NCBI GenBank assembly: GCA_944384865.1
Contig: CALWVC010000001.1
Span: 1 to 27,202 of the forward strand
Length of the DNA: 27,202 nucleotides
Direction: 5' to 3'
From: an uncultured Clostridia bacterium
Lineage (GTDB): Bacteria; Bacillota; Clostridia; Oscillospirales; Acutalibacteraceae
This document shows positions 18,303 to 26,826 of this stretch, in pieces. Position 1 is the stretch's first letter; every line of letters starts with the position of its first letter. The translations under genes and the position numbers were made by a program. The notes under the pieces were generated by a model that was not told the DNA's origin, searched no databases, and was given only the letters and a program-made list of their open reading frames with translations.

Positions 18303-18385
18303 ACACAGAGGCGGATAATATTGATGGGTATCCGCGGGCTGCTGTTGCTAGTGAACTTTATACCAATAAAGGAGCGTAATGAAGT

Positions 18386-20995
18386 ATGCAGGATCAAAAC
18401 AAGTATGAGATCGTAGACAGCGTTGAAAAGCTGGAAGCTGCGCTTGCAAAGCTGAAAGAGGCGCAGAAGGTTTTTGCTACCTATACGCAGGAGCAGGTGG
18501 ACAAAATCTTTTTTGAGGCTGCTATGGCGGCCAATAAACAGCGGATCCCGTTGGCAAAGATGGCGGTTGAGGAAACCGGCATGGGCGTGGTGGAGGATAA
18601 GGTCATCAAAAACCATTATGCATCCGAATATATTTATAACAAATATAAGGATACCAAAACCTGCGGGGTGATCGAGCAGGATCAGGCCTTCGGAACTACA
18701 AAAGTAGCGGAGCCGATCGGCGTGATCGCCGCAGTTATTCCGACCACCAACCCGACTTCTACGGCGATCTTCAAAACGCTGATTGCGCTGAAGACCCGCA
18801 ACGCGATTATTATCAGCCCGCATCCCAGAGCGAAAAAGAGCACCATTGCCGCCGCGAAGGTGGTTTTGGAGGCGGCGGTTAAAGCCGGCGCGCCTGCGGG
18901 CATTATCGGCTGGATCGATGTCCCCAGCCTGGATTTGACCAATCTGGTTATGAAAGAAGCGGATATCATTTTGGCAACCGGCGGCCCCGGTATGGTTAAA
19001 GCCGCTTATTCCAGCGGTAAGCCGGCGCTGGGCGTCGGCGCGGGCAATACGCCGGCGATTATTGACGATACAGCAGATATTTTACTGGCGGTCAACTCCA
19101 TCATTCATTCCAAGACCTTTGACAACGGTATGATCTGTGCGTCTGAACAGTCGGTGATTGTTCTGGATAAAATCTATAACAAGGTGAAAAAGGAATTTGC
19201 CGACAGAGGCTGTTATTTCCTGAAAAAAGATGAGATCGACAAGGTCAGAAAGACCATCATCATCAACGGCGCGCTGAATGCAAAGATCGTCGGTCAGAAG
19301 CCGGTGACGATCGCCGAATTGGCGGGGGTCAAGGTGCCGGAAGATACGAAAATTCTGATTGGTGAAGTGGAAAGCGTCGATATTTCTGAAGAGTTTGCGC
19401 ATGAAAAGCTGTCTCCGGTTTTGGCAATGTATAAGGCCAAGAGCTTTGACGATGCGATGGATAAGGCTGAACATCTGATTGCAGACGGCGGCTACGGGCA
19501 TACCTCTTCTGTGTATTTGGACGCGGTAACCGAACGGGAAAAAATTAAAAAATTCGGCGAACGGATGAAAACCTGCCGGATTCTTGTAAATACACCTTCC
19601 TCTCAGGGCGGTATTGGCGATTTATATAACTTTAAGCTTGCTCCTTCTCTGACACTGGGCTGCGGTTCTTGGGGTGGTAACTCCGTTTCAGAGAATGTGG
19701 GCGTCAAACATCTGCTGAACATCAAAACCGTCGCCGAGAGGAGAGAGAATATGCTGTGGTTCAGAGCGCCGCAAAAGGTATATATGAAGAAGGGCTGCCT
19801 GCCGGTAGCGCTGGATGAGCTCAAACACGTAATGAATAAGAAAAAGGTATTCATTGTTACTGACGAATTCCTGTATAAAAACGGTTATACCAAAGGCATT
19901 ACCGACAAGCTGGACGAGATGGGGATTGTGCACACTACATTCTTTAATGTTGCACCGGATCCGACGCTGGCCTGTGCCAAAGAGGGAACCAAGGCGATGG
20001 TCGCTTTTGAGCCGGACTGCATTATCGCTGTCGGCGGCGGTTCTGCGATGGATGCGGGTAAAATCATGTGGGTATTGTATGAGCATCCGGAAGTAAATTT
20101 CCTGGATCTGGCGATGCGGTTTATGGATATCCGCAAGCGGGTATATACCTTCCCGAAAATGGGAGAAAAGGCCTATTTTATCGCTGTGCCCACTTCTTCC
20201 GGTACCGGATCCGAGGTAACGCCTTTTGCAGTTATTACCGACGAAACCACAGGCACCAAATATCCGCTGGCAGATTATGAACTGATGCCGAATATGGCGA
20301 TTATCGATGCGGATCTGATGATGAATCAGCCCAAGGGCCTGACTTCTGCTTCGGGTATTGACGCGCTGACACATGCGCTGGAAGCATATGCCGCGATGCT
20401 GGCGACCGATTATACCGACGGCCTGGCGCTGAAGGCTGCCAAGTTGATTTTTGAATATCTGCCGCGCTGCTATGATAATGGTCCGAACGATCCGGTGGCC
20501 AGGGAAAAAATGGCCAACGCTTCTACGATGGCGGGTATGGCGTTTGCCAACGCATTTCTGGGCGTTTGTCATTCTATGGCGCATAAACTGGGGGCGTTTC
20601 ATCATCTGCCGCACGGTATCGCCAACGCGCTGATGATCGACGAGGTGCTGCGGTTCAACGCCAGCGAAACACCTGCAAAAATGGGAACCTTCCCACAGTA
20701 TGATCATCCGAAGACGCTGGAGCGTTATGCCGAGGTGGCGGATTATCTGAAGATCAAGGGCAAAGACGACCATGAGAAGCTGGAAAATCTGATTAAGGCG
20801 ATTGACGAACTGAAAGAAAAAGTAGGCATCAAAAAGACCATTAAAGAGTATGGCATTGATGAAAAAGACTTCCTTGACAGGCTGGATGATATGGTGGAGC
20901 AGGCGTTCGATGACCAATGCACCGGCGCCAATCCCCGGTATCCGCTGATGAGCGAGATCAAACAGATGTATTTGAACGCATATTACGGTAAATAA
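18386..20995 (+). CDS. adhE: Bifunctional acetaldehyde-CoA/alcohol dehydrogenase
   Basis: PTTNPTST, ATGGPGMV, FDNGMICASEQ, linker GCGSWGGN, GGGSAMD, DALTHALE, HSMAHKLG..H..HG Fe-ADH motif; 869 aa. Confidence 0.97.
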   Translation: MQDQNKYEIVDSVEKLEAALAKLKEAQKVFATYTQEQVDKIFFEAAMAANKQRIPLAKMAVEETGMGVVEDKVIKNHYASEYIYNKYKDTKTCGVIEQDQAFGTTKVAEPIGVIAAVIPTTNPTSTAIFKTLIALKTRNAIIISPHPRAKKSTIAAAKVVLEAAVKAGAPAGIIGWIDVPSLDLTNLVMKEADIILATGGPGMVKAAYSSGKPALGVGAGNTPAIIDDTADILLAVNSIIHSKTFDNGMICASEQSVIVLDKIYNKVKKEFADRGCYFLKKDEIDKVRKTIIINGALNAKIVGQKPVTIAELAGVKVPEDTKILIGEVESVDISEEFAHEKLSPVLAMYKAKSFDDAMDKAEHLIADGGYGHTSSVYLDAVTEREKIKKFGERMKTCRILVNTPSSQGGIGDLYNFKLAPSLTLGCGSWGGNSVSENVGVKHLLNIKTVAERRENMLWFRAPQKVYMKKGCLPVALDELKHVMNKKKVFIVTDEFLYKNGYTKGITDKLDEMGIVHTTFFNVAPDPTLACAKEGTKAMVAFEPDCIIAVGGGSAMDAGKIMWVLYEHPEVNFLDLAMRFMDIRKRVYTFPKMGEKAYFIAVPTSSGTGSEVTPFAVITDETTGTKYPLADYELMPNMAIIDADLMMNQPKGLTSASGIDALTHALEAYAAMLATDYTDGLALKAAKLIFEYLPRCYDNGPNDPVAREKMANASTMAGMAFANAFLGVCHSMAHKLGAFHHLPHGIANALMIDEVLRFNASETPAKMGTFPQYDHPKTLERYAEVADYLKIKGKDDHEKLENLIKAIDELKEKVGIKKTIKEYGIDEKDFLDRLDDMVEQAFDDQCTGANPRYPLMSEIKQMYLNAYYGK

Positions 20996-21009
20996 GGGAG
21001 GAACGGATC

Positions 21010-21759
21010 ATGAAAAATTTGAAGGTTATCGCGGTCAGAACGTCCAAGACCATTTATCGGGACGGCGACAAGGTCGTTAAGGTATTTGATGAGGATTTCT
21101 CCAAAGCTGATGTGCTGAATGAGGCGCTGAACCAGGCGCGGGTTGAGGAAACCGGCCTGCATATTCCGAAAATCATCGAGGTCACAAAAATAGACGGAAA
21201 ATGGGCGATCGTTTCGGAGTATATCAGCGGCAAAACGCTGGCGCAGCTGATGGAGGAAAATCCGCAGAAGACAGATGAATATATTGAATTGCTGGTGGAT
21301 CTGCAATTGGAGATGCACAGCAAAAAAGCGCCACTGCTGAACAAGTTGAAGGATAAGATGAACCGCAAGATCAGCGAATCTGCGTTGGATGCCACGACCC
21401 GGTATGAACTACACGCCCGTCTGGAGGGCATGCCCAAACACAATAAGGTTTGCCACGGCGATTTCAACCCCAGCAATATCATTATTTCTGAAAACAATAC
21501 TCCCTATATCATCGACTGGTCACATGCCACGCAGGGCAACGCATCTGCCGACGCGGCCAGAACGTATCTGTTGTTCTGCCTGTCGGGGAATGAAGATCTG
21601 GCGAATCAATATCTGGATCTGTTCTGCAAGAAAAGCGATACGGCGAAGCAGTATGTGCAGCAGTGGCTGCCGATTGTAGCAGCGTCTCAGTTGGTGAAGG
21701 GGAAACCCGAAGAAAAGGAATTTCTGATGCGCTGGGCGGATATTGCTGACTACGAATAA
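21010..21759 (+). CDS. Protein-kinase-like (APH/choline kinase fold) phosphotransferase, putative Ser/Thr kinase
   Basis: VVKVF lysine, LNEA glutamate, catalytic HGDFNPSN, IIDW. Confidence 0.8.
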   Translation: MKNLKVIAVRTSKTIYRDGDKVVKVFDEDFSKADVLNEALNQARVEETGLHIPKIIEVTKIDGKWAIVSEYISGKTLAQLMEENPQKTDEYIELLVDLQLEMHSKKAPLLNKLKDKMNRKISESALDATTRYELHARLEGMPKHNKVCHGDFNPSNIIISENNTPYIIDWSHATQGNASADAARTYLLFCLSGNEDLANQYLDLFCKKSDTAKQYVQQWLPIVAASQLVKGKPEEKEFLMRWADIADYE

Positions 21760-21777
21760 AAGGAGGCTTCTTCAGTA

Positions 21778-22023
21778 ATGAACATTACGGTATGTATCGG
21801 AAGCTCCTGCCATTTGAAGGGTTCACGGCAGGTGGTGGAACAACTACAGCAGCTGATCGCACAATATAACCTGAAAGATCAGATTGAACTTTCTGGGAAA
21901 TTCTGTATAGGGAATTGCGTGAACGGCGTTTGTGTCACAGTGGATGAACAGCTTTTTTCGGTGCAGCCGGATAATACCGAAGAATTCTTTCACAATCATG
22001 TATTGCCGGCGTTTCAATCATGA
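21778..22023 (+). CDS. Thioredoxin-like [2Fe-2S] ferredoxin (HfsA-like)
   Basis: CIGSSCHLKG ... CIGNC motif as in NuoE-type C-terminal domains; AGGAGG RBS. Confidence 0.85.
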   Translation: MNITVCIGSSCHLKGSRQVVEQLQQLIAQYNLKDQIELSGKFCIGNCVNGVCVTVDEQLFSVQPDNTEEFFHNHVLPAFQS

Positions 22024-22044
22024 TAATCCGTTTCGGAAGAAAGG

Positions 22045-22461
22045 ATGGATCAAACGATGTTGCAACCCGGCATAAAAGGGCAGGCAACGTTGACCGTTTG
22101 TGACGGCAATACTGCAAAAACAATGGGCAGCGGGTCGCTGGAGGTTCTGGCGACCCCTGCCATGGTTGCGTTAATGGAACAGGCGGCGGCGCAGAGCGTT
22201 TCGCTCTGTCTGGACGAAGGACAGACCACGGTAGGCACGGCGATACAGATTCAGCATTTGTCGGCGACGCCGATAGATATGCATGTTACAGCAGAAAGTG
22301 AATTGCTGCAGATCGATGGCAGAAAATTGTTGTTTAGCGTATCTGCATTCGATGAAAAAGGACTGATCGGACAGGGAACCCATGAACGTTTTGTCGTAGA
22401 TGCTGCGCGCTTTATGGCTAAGGCCGGCAGCAAGCGTTCTGAAACTATACAGGAGGCCTGA
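22045..22461 (+). CDS. Hotdog-fold thioesterase, fluoroacetyl-CoA thioesterase (FlK) family
   Basis: GSGxLEVLATPAMVALME ... TVGT.I.I.HLSATP ... G.G.HER; Thr/Glu/His catalytic positions present. Confidence 0.85.
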   Translation: MDQTMLQPGIKGQATLTVCDGNTAKTMGSGSLEVLATPAMVALMEQAAAQSVSLCLDEGQTTVGTAIQIQHLSATPIDMHVTAESELLQIDGRKLLFSVSAFDEKGLIGQGTHERFVVDAARFMAKAGSKRSETIQEA

Positions 22462-24140
22462 TGATGTCTGAATTTATCCAGCTGAAAAAATCCAACTGTA
22501 AAAACTGCTATAAATGCATTCGGCACTGCTCGGTCAAATCCATTGCGTTTACAGATGATCGCGCGCATATCATTGACGACGAATGTATTTTGTGCGGGCA
22601 TTGCTATGTAGTATGTCCACAGGATGCCAAGCAGATTCGCAACGATGTGCAGAAGGCTAAAGAGCTGATTGCAAAGTATCCGAAGGTGATTGCCAGCATT
22701 GCGCCGTCTTTTGTTGCCAATTATAAAGGCGTTTCGATGCCGGCGATGCAGAAGGCGCTGCAGCAGCTCGGCTTTTTTGCTGCGGATGAAACAGCGGTTG
22801 GCGCGACCTATGTCAAAACCGAATATGAAAAGCTGGTGGCCGGTGGAGACGGAAGCCCGATCATATCTTCCTGCTGTCATACTGTCAATCTGCTGATTCG
22901 GAAACATTATCCGGATGCGTTGCCGTATCTGGCGAAGGTTGTGTCGCCGATGGCGGCGGATTGTCTGGCGGTCAAACAGCAATATCCCGATGCGAAAACG
23001 GTGTTTATCGGGCCGTGTATTTCCAAAAAGGCTGAGGCAGAACAATATCCGGAATGGGTGGACTGTGTACTGACCTTTGAGGAACTGACGGGCTGGATGC
23101 AGGAGCAGGGCGTGGAGTTTGAGCAAATCCCCGAGGATATTACCAAAACCAAAGCGCGGCTGTTTCCCACTACCGGCGGCATTTTAAAAACGATGCAGTG
23201 TGACGCGCCGAATTATACCTATATGAGCATTGACGGAATCGATAACTGTGTGCAGGTGTTGCAGGATATTGCCAGGGGGACGATTAAAAACTGTTTTATT
23301 GAAATGTCCGCCTGCGTAGGCAGCTGTATCGGCGGCCCGGTGATGGAGAAATACCGGCATACGCCGGTAGCGGATTTTATTGCAGTAGAGCATGCTGCGG
23401 GACCGGAGCAGTTTGAAATTGCGCCGTTGGACGAACAGATGCTGGTTTATGAACAACCGTATATCGGCGTACATAAGCAGATGCCCGGAAAGCTGGAGAT
23501 TGAAGCGGTTCTGAAGAAAATGGGCAAGGAAAAGCCGGAGGATGAGCTCAATTGCGGAACCTGCGGTTATAATACCTGCCGGGAAAAAGCAATTGCAGTA
23601 TGTCAGGGCAAGGCCAATATTTCCATGTGCCTGCCATTTTTAAAAGAGAAGGCGGAGTCCTTCTCAGATAATATCATTAAAAATACGCCGAATGGCATCA
23701 TTGTGTTGAATGAGGCGCTGGAGGTGCAGCAGATTAACCGGGCTGCGATGAAGATTCTGAATGTACGTTCGGCATCGGATGTTCTGGGTGAGCAGGTTGT
23801 CCGGGTGCTGGAGCCGAAGGATTTCTTTGAAGTATTGGAGAGCGGCCACAACATTCACGATAAGCGGATGTATCTGGCGGAATATAAAAAATATGTCGAA
23901 GAAACGGTAATTTATGATAAAAACTATCGGATCTTGATGTGTATTTTGCGGGATGTAACGGATGAGGAAGCTGAGCGGGAGAGCAAAGAGAAGCTCAGCA
24001 GGCAGACGATTGAAATTACCGACAAAGTTGTAGAAAAGCAGATGCGGGTAGTGCAGGAGATTGCCTCGCTGCTGGGAGAGACCACGGCAGAGACGAAAAT
24101 TGCGCTGACCAAGCTGAAGGAGTCGCTGTCTGATGAATAA
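22461..24140 (+). CDS. Sensory [FeFe]-hydrogenase (group C, HydS/HfsB-like) with 2x[4Fe-4S], FeS and PAS domains
   Basis: CKNCYKCIRHC and CILCGHCYVVCP; H-cluster motifs SSCCH, GPCISKK, EMSACVGSCIGGP; CGTCGYNTC FeS domain; PAS-like NTPNGIIVLN...RDVT; C-terminal helix. Confidence 0.9.
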   Translation: MMSEFIQLKKSNCKNCYKCIRHCSVKSIAFTDDRAHIIDDECILCGHCYVVCPQDAKQIRNDVQKAKELIAKYPKVIASIAPSFVANYKGVSMPAMQKALQQLGFFAADETAVGATYVKTEYEKLVAGGDGSPIISSCCHTVNLLIRKHYPDALPYLAKVVSPMAADCLAVKQQYPDAKTVFIGPCISKKAEAEQYPEWVDCVLTFEELTGWMQEQGVEFEQIPEDITKTKARLFPTTGGILKTMQCDAPNYTYMSIDGIDNCVQVLQDIARGTIKNCFIEMSACVGSCIGGPVMEKYRHTPVADFIAVEHAAGPEQFEIAPLDEQMLVYEQPYIGVHKQMPGKLEIEAVLKKMGKEKPEDELNCGTCGYNTCREKAIAVCQGKANISMCLPFLKEKAESFSDNIIKNTPNGIIVLNEALEVQQINRAAMKILNVRSASDVLGEQVVRVLEPKDFFEVLESGHNIHDKRMYLAEYKKYVEETVIYDKNYRILMCILRDVTDEEAERESKEKLSRQTIEITDKVVEKQMRVVQEIASLLGETTAETKIALTKLKESLSDE

Positions 24141-25305
24141 TCTGTGTACCGACGTTGGCTATCTGAGTGTCAATAAATATGGGGAACAGCTTTGCGGCGA
24201 TCATATCGAGACAGTCAAACCGGATGATGATTCGATTGTTGTGGTATTGGCAGACGGTATGGGCAGCGGCGTAAAGGCAAATATCTTATCGACGCTGACC
24301 TCTAAGATCATTTCGACCATGATGGCCAATTCCATGAGCCTGGAGGATTGTGTGTCTACCATCGCGGCAACATTGCCGATTTGCTCCGAGCGTCATGTTG
24401 CTTATTCGACGTTTACGATTATGCGGATTACCAATGGCGCGGAAGCGGAGATCATTCAATATGATAATCCGCAGGTGATTTTGCTCCGGGGCGGCAAGCA
24501 TGTGGAATTTTCGAAGACTGTCCTTGAGATTGACGGCAAAACCATTTATAAATCCAGGTTATCACTGGAGGAAAACGATGTGTTTATTGCCACCAGCGAT
24601 GGCGCGATTCATGCAGGAATTGGGGATGCGCTGAATTTCGGCTGGCAGCGGGAGAATATTATTTCATTTATGGAAACGATCTATGATCCGGGCTTTACGG
24701 CGAAAACATTGTCTACGATGCTGTTGGATGAATGTGTTCGATTGTATGGCGGAAAGCCTGGCGACGATACGACGGTTTGTTCGGTCAAACTGCGCCGGCG
24801 GGTGCCGATGAATCTGTTGATCGGGCCGCCGGCGGATCGTGGCGATGTAAACAAAATGTTTTCGCTGTTTTTTGGTAAGGAAGGCAAGCATATCGTCTGC
24901 GGCGGCACCACTTCTACGCTGGCAGCGGAGTTTTTACATAAGCCGCTGAAAACCAGTATTTCGTATGTAGATCCTGAAATTCCGCCGACGGCAAAGATTG
25001 AGGGGGTAGATCTGGTAACCGAAGGCGTGATTACAATGAGCCGGGTATTAGAATATGCGAAAAATTATCTGGCTGATAACGAACAATACACGCAGTGGAG
25101 CTATAAAAAAGACGGCGCGTCGCTGATTGCGCGTTTGTTGTTTGAGGAAGCGACAGATATCAATTTTTTTGTGGGTCGGGCGATTAATCCGGCGCATCAG
25201 AATCCGGATCTGCCTATTACATTTAATATCAAAATGCAATTGGTAGAAGAATTGGTAGAATGCCTAAAAAATATGGGCAAGCAGGTTAAGGTCAGTTATT
25301 TTTAG
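24133..25305 (+). CDS. SpoIIE/PP2C-family Ser/Thr phosphatase (HfsC-like)
   Basis: CGDH, VLADGMGSG, TSDG, PGDDTTV metal-binding motifs plus the extra C-terminal domain (CGGTT, LVTEG). Confidence 0.88.
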   Translation: MNNLCTDVGYLSVNKYGEQLCGDHIETVKPDDDSIVVVLADGMGSGVKANILSTLTSKIISTMMANSMSLEDCVSTIAATLPICSERHVAYSTFTIMRITNGAEAEIIQYDNPQVILLRGGKHVEFSKTVLEIDGKTIYKSRLSLEENDVFIATSDGAIHAGIGDALNFGWQRENIISFMETIYDPGFTAKTLSTMLLDECVRLYGGKPGDDTTVCSVKLRRRVPMNLLIGPPADRGDVNKMFSLFFGKEGKHIVCGGTTSTLAAEFLHKPLKTSISYVDPEIPPTAKIEGVDLVTEGVITMSRVLEYAKNYLADNEQYTQWSYKKDGASLIARLLFEEATDINFFVGRAINPAHQNPDLPITFNIKMQLVEELVECLKNMGKQVKVSYF

Positions 25306-25335
25306 GGTAGGGTTTTGCAAAAGGAAGGTTCGCAA

Positions 25336-26763
25336 ATGAGAAAATTTGATACTAAGGTTCAACATCTAAAATATAAGGTGCTTCGGGAGGTTGCGCGGGT
25401 CGCGTGGCAGGATCAGCTTCTTGAAAAAATGCCGGATATTCCGAAAATTATCGTGCCGACCGATACGGCGACCATGCGCTGCTGTGTCTATAAAGAGCGT
25501 GCAATCGTGACCGAGCGGATCAAATTGGCGTTGGGAGGCGATCAGTCGAATCCCAATGTCATTGAAGTCATCGATATTGCCTGCGACGAGTGCCCGGTGG
25601 ATGGATACAGCGTGACGGAAGACTGCCGCGGCTGTATTGCCCACCGTTGTGAAGATGTTTGCAAACGGGGCGCAATTACTTTTGACGAACATCAGAAAGC
25701 GCATATTGATAAGTCGAAATGTGTAGAGTGTGGGCAGTGCGCCAAGGTGTGTCCGTACAGCGCGATCACCAATCGGAAACGTCCCTGTCAAAACGCCTGT
25801 AAAGTGCATGCCATCAGCATGGACGAAAACAAGGCGGCATTGATTGATAACAACAAATGTATTGCCTGCGGCGCCTGTGTATATCAGTGCCCGTTTGGCG
25901 CGATCATGGATAAGTCTTTCATCATTGATATTATTGACTTGTTGAAAAAGAGCGAAAACAATACGAAATATAAAGTCTATGCGGTGGTTGCGCCGGCAAT
26001 CGCTTCGCAGTTTACCTATGCGACGCTGGGTCAGGCTTTGTCTGGCATCAAGGAACTTGGTTTTTACCACATTGTAGAGGCGGCGTTGGGCGCGGATATG
26101 GTGGCGTACGAGGAGTGTAAAGAGCTGGCTGAGAAAGGCTTTTTGACCAGCTCCTGCTGTCCGGCGTTTGTGGATTATATCGAAAAACAGTTCCCGCAGC
26201 TCAAAGAGCATATTTCTCACAATCTGTCTCCGGCGGCGACCATTGCACGGTATATCAAAAAGACCGATCCAACCTCAAAAATTGTGTTTATCGGACCGTG
26301 TACTGCCAAGAAGATGGAATTTCAGAAAGAACAGGTGCGGCCTTATATTGACAGCGTGATGACCTTTGAAGAATTGCAGGCGCTGTATGACAGCCGGGAT
26401 ATTGATATCACCAAGCTTGGGGAGGACGTCTTAAACAACGCCTCTTATTATGGTCGGATCTTCGCCCGCAGCGGCGGTTTGACCGATGCAGTTCAACAGG
26501 GTCTCAAAGAACGAGATCTTGCGGATTTCGATTACAAGCCGATTGCCTGCGATGGGATTGAAGCCTGCCGGATGGCGTTGTTGCGTGCATCCAAAAATGC
26601 GCTGCCGAACAATTTTATTGAGGGAATGGCCTGTGTCGGCGGCTGTATTGGCGGAGCGGGCTGTCTGACGCACGGTGAGAAAAACAAAAACGACGTAGAT
26701 AAATATGGAATGCTGGCGTTGGAAAAAGATATCTCCAGTGCTATCAGTCTGATGAACCTTTAG
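25336..26763 (+). CDS. Monomeric ferredoxin-dependent [FeFe]-hydrogenase (group B type, HfsD/HydA2-like)
   Basis: MRCCVYKER, multiple CxxCxxCxxxC(P) clusters, TSSCCPAF, FIGPCTAKKME, EGMACVGGCIGGAG. ATG 25336 after GGAAGG. Confidence 0.92.
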   Translation: MRKFDTKVQHLKYKVLREVARVAWQDQLLEKMPDIPKIIVPTDTATMRCCVYKERAIVTERIKLALGGDQSNPNVIEVIDIACDECPVDGYSVTEDCRGCIAHRCEDVCKRGAITFDEHQKAHIDKSKCVECGQCAKVCPYSAITNRKRPCQNACKVHAISMDENKAALIDNNKCIACGACVYQCPFGAIMDKSFIIDIIDLLKKSENNTKYKVYAVVAPAIASQFTYATLGQALSGIKELGFYHIVEAALGADMVAYEECKELAEKGFLTSSCCPAFVDYIEKQFPQLKEHISHNLSPAATIARYIKKTDPTSKIVFIGPCTAKKMEFQKEQVRPYIDSVMTFEELQALYDSRDIDITKLGEDVLNNASYYGRIFARSGGLTDAVQQGLKERDLADFDYKPIACDGIEACRMALLRASKNALPNNFIEGMACVGGCIGGAGCLTHGEKNKNDVDKYGMLALEKDISSAISLMNL

Positions 26764-26787
26764 GATTCGATAAAACCGATTTGAGGT

Positions 26788-26826
26788 ATCACACCCCAAA
26801 AGCATAGCTTTTGGGGTGTGATTTTT
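26788..26826 (+). terminator. Intrinsic terminator of the adhE-hydrogenase operon
   Basis: Perfect 16-bp stem ATCACACCCCAAAAGC-ata-GCTTTTGGGGTGTGAT followed by TTTT. Confidence 0.88.

Noticed and set aside
19688-20917. 409-aa antisense ORF inside adhE
   Set aside because: It lies fully opposite a highly conserved gene, has no SD or domain motifs, and long stop-free antisense frames are expected from biased codon usage.
22251-26220. Long antisense ORFs 22251-23126 (291 aa) and 25366-26220 (284 aa)
   Set aside because: Shadows of the hydrogenase genes, with the same antisense-frame composition and no independent expression signals.
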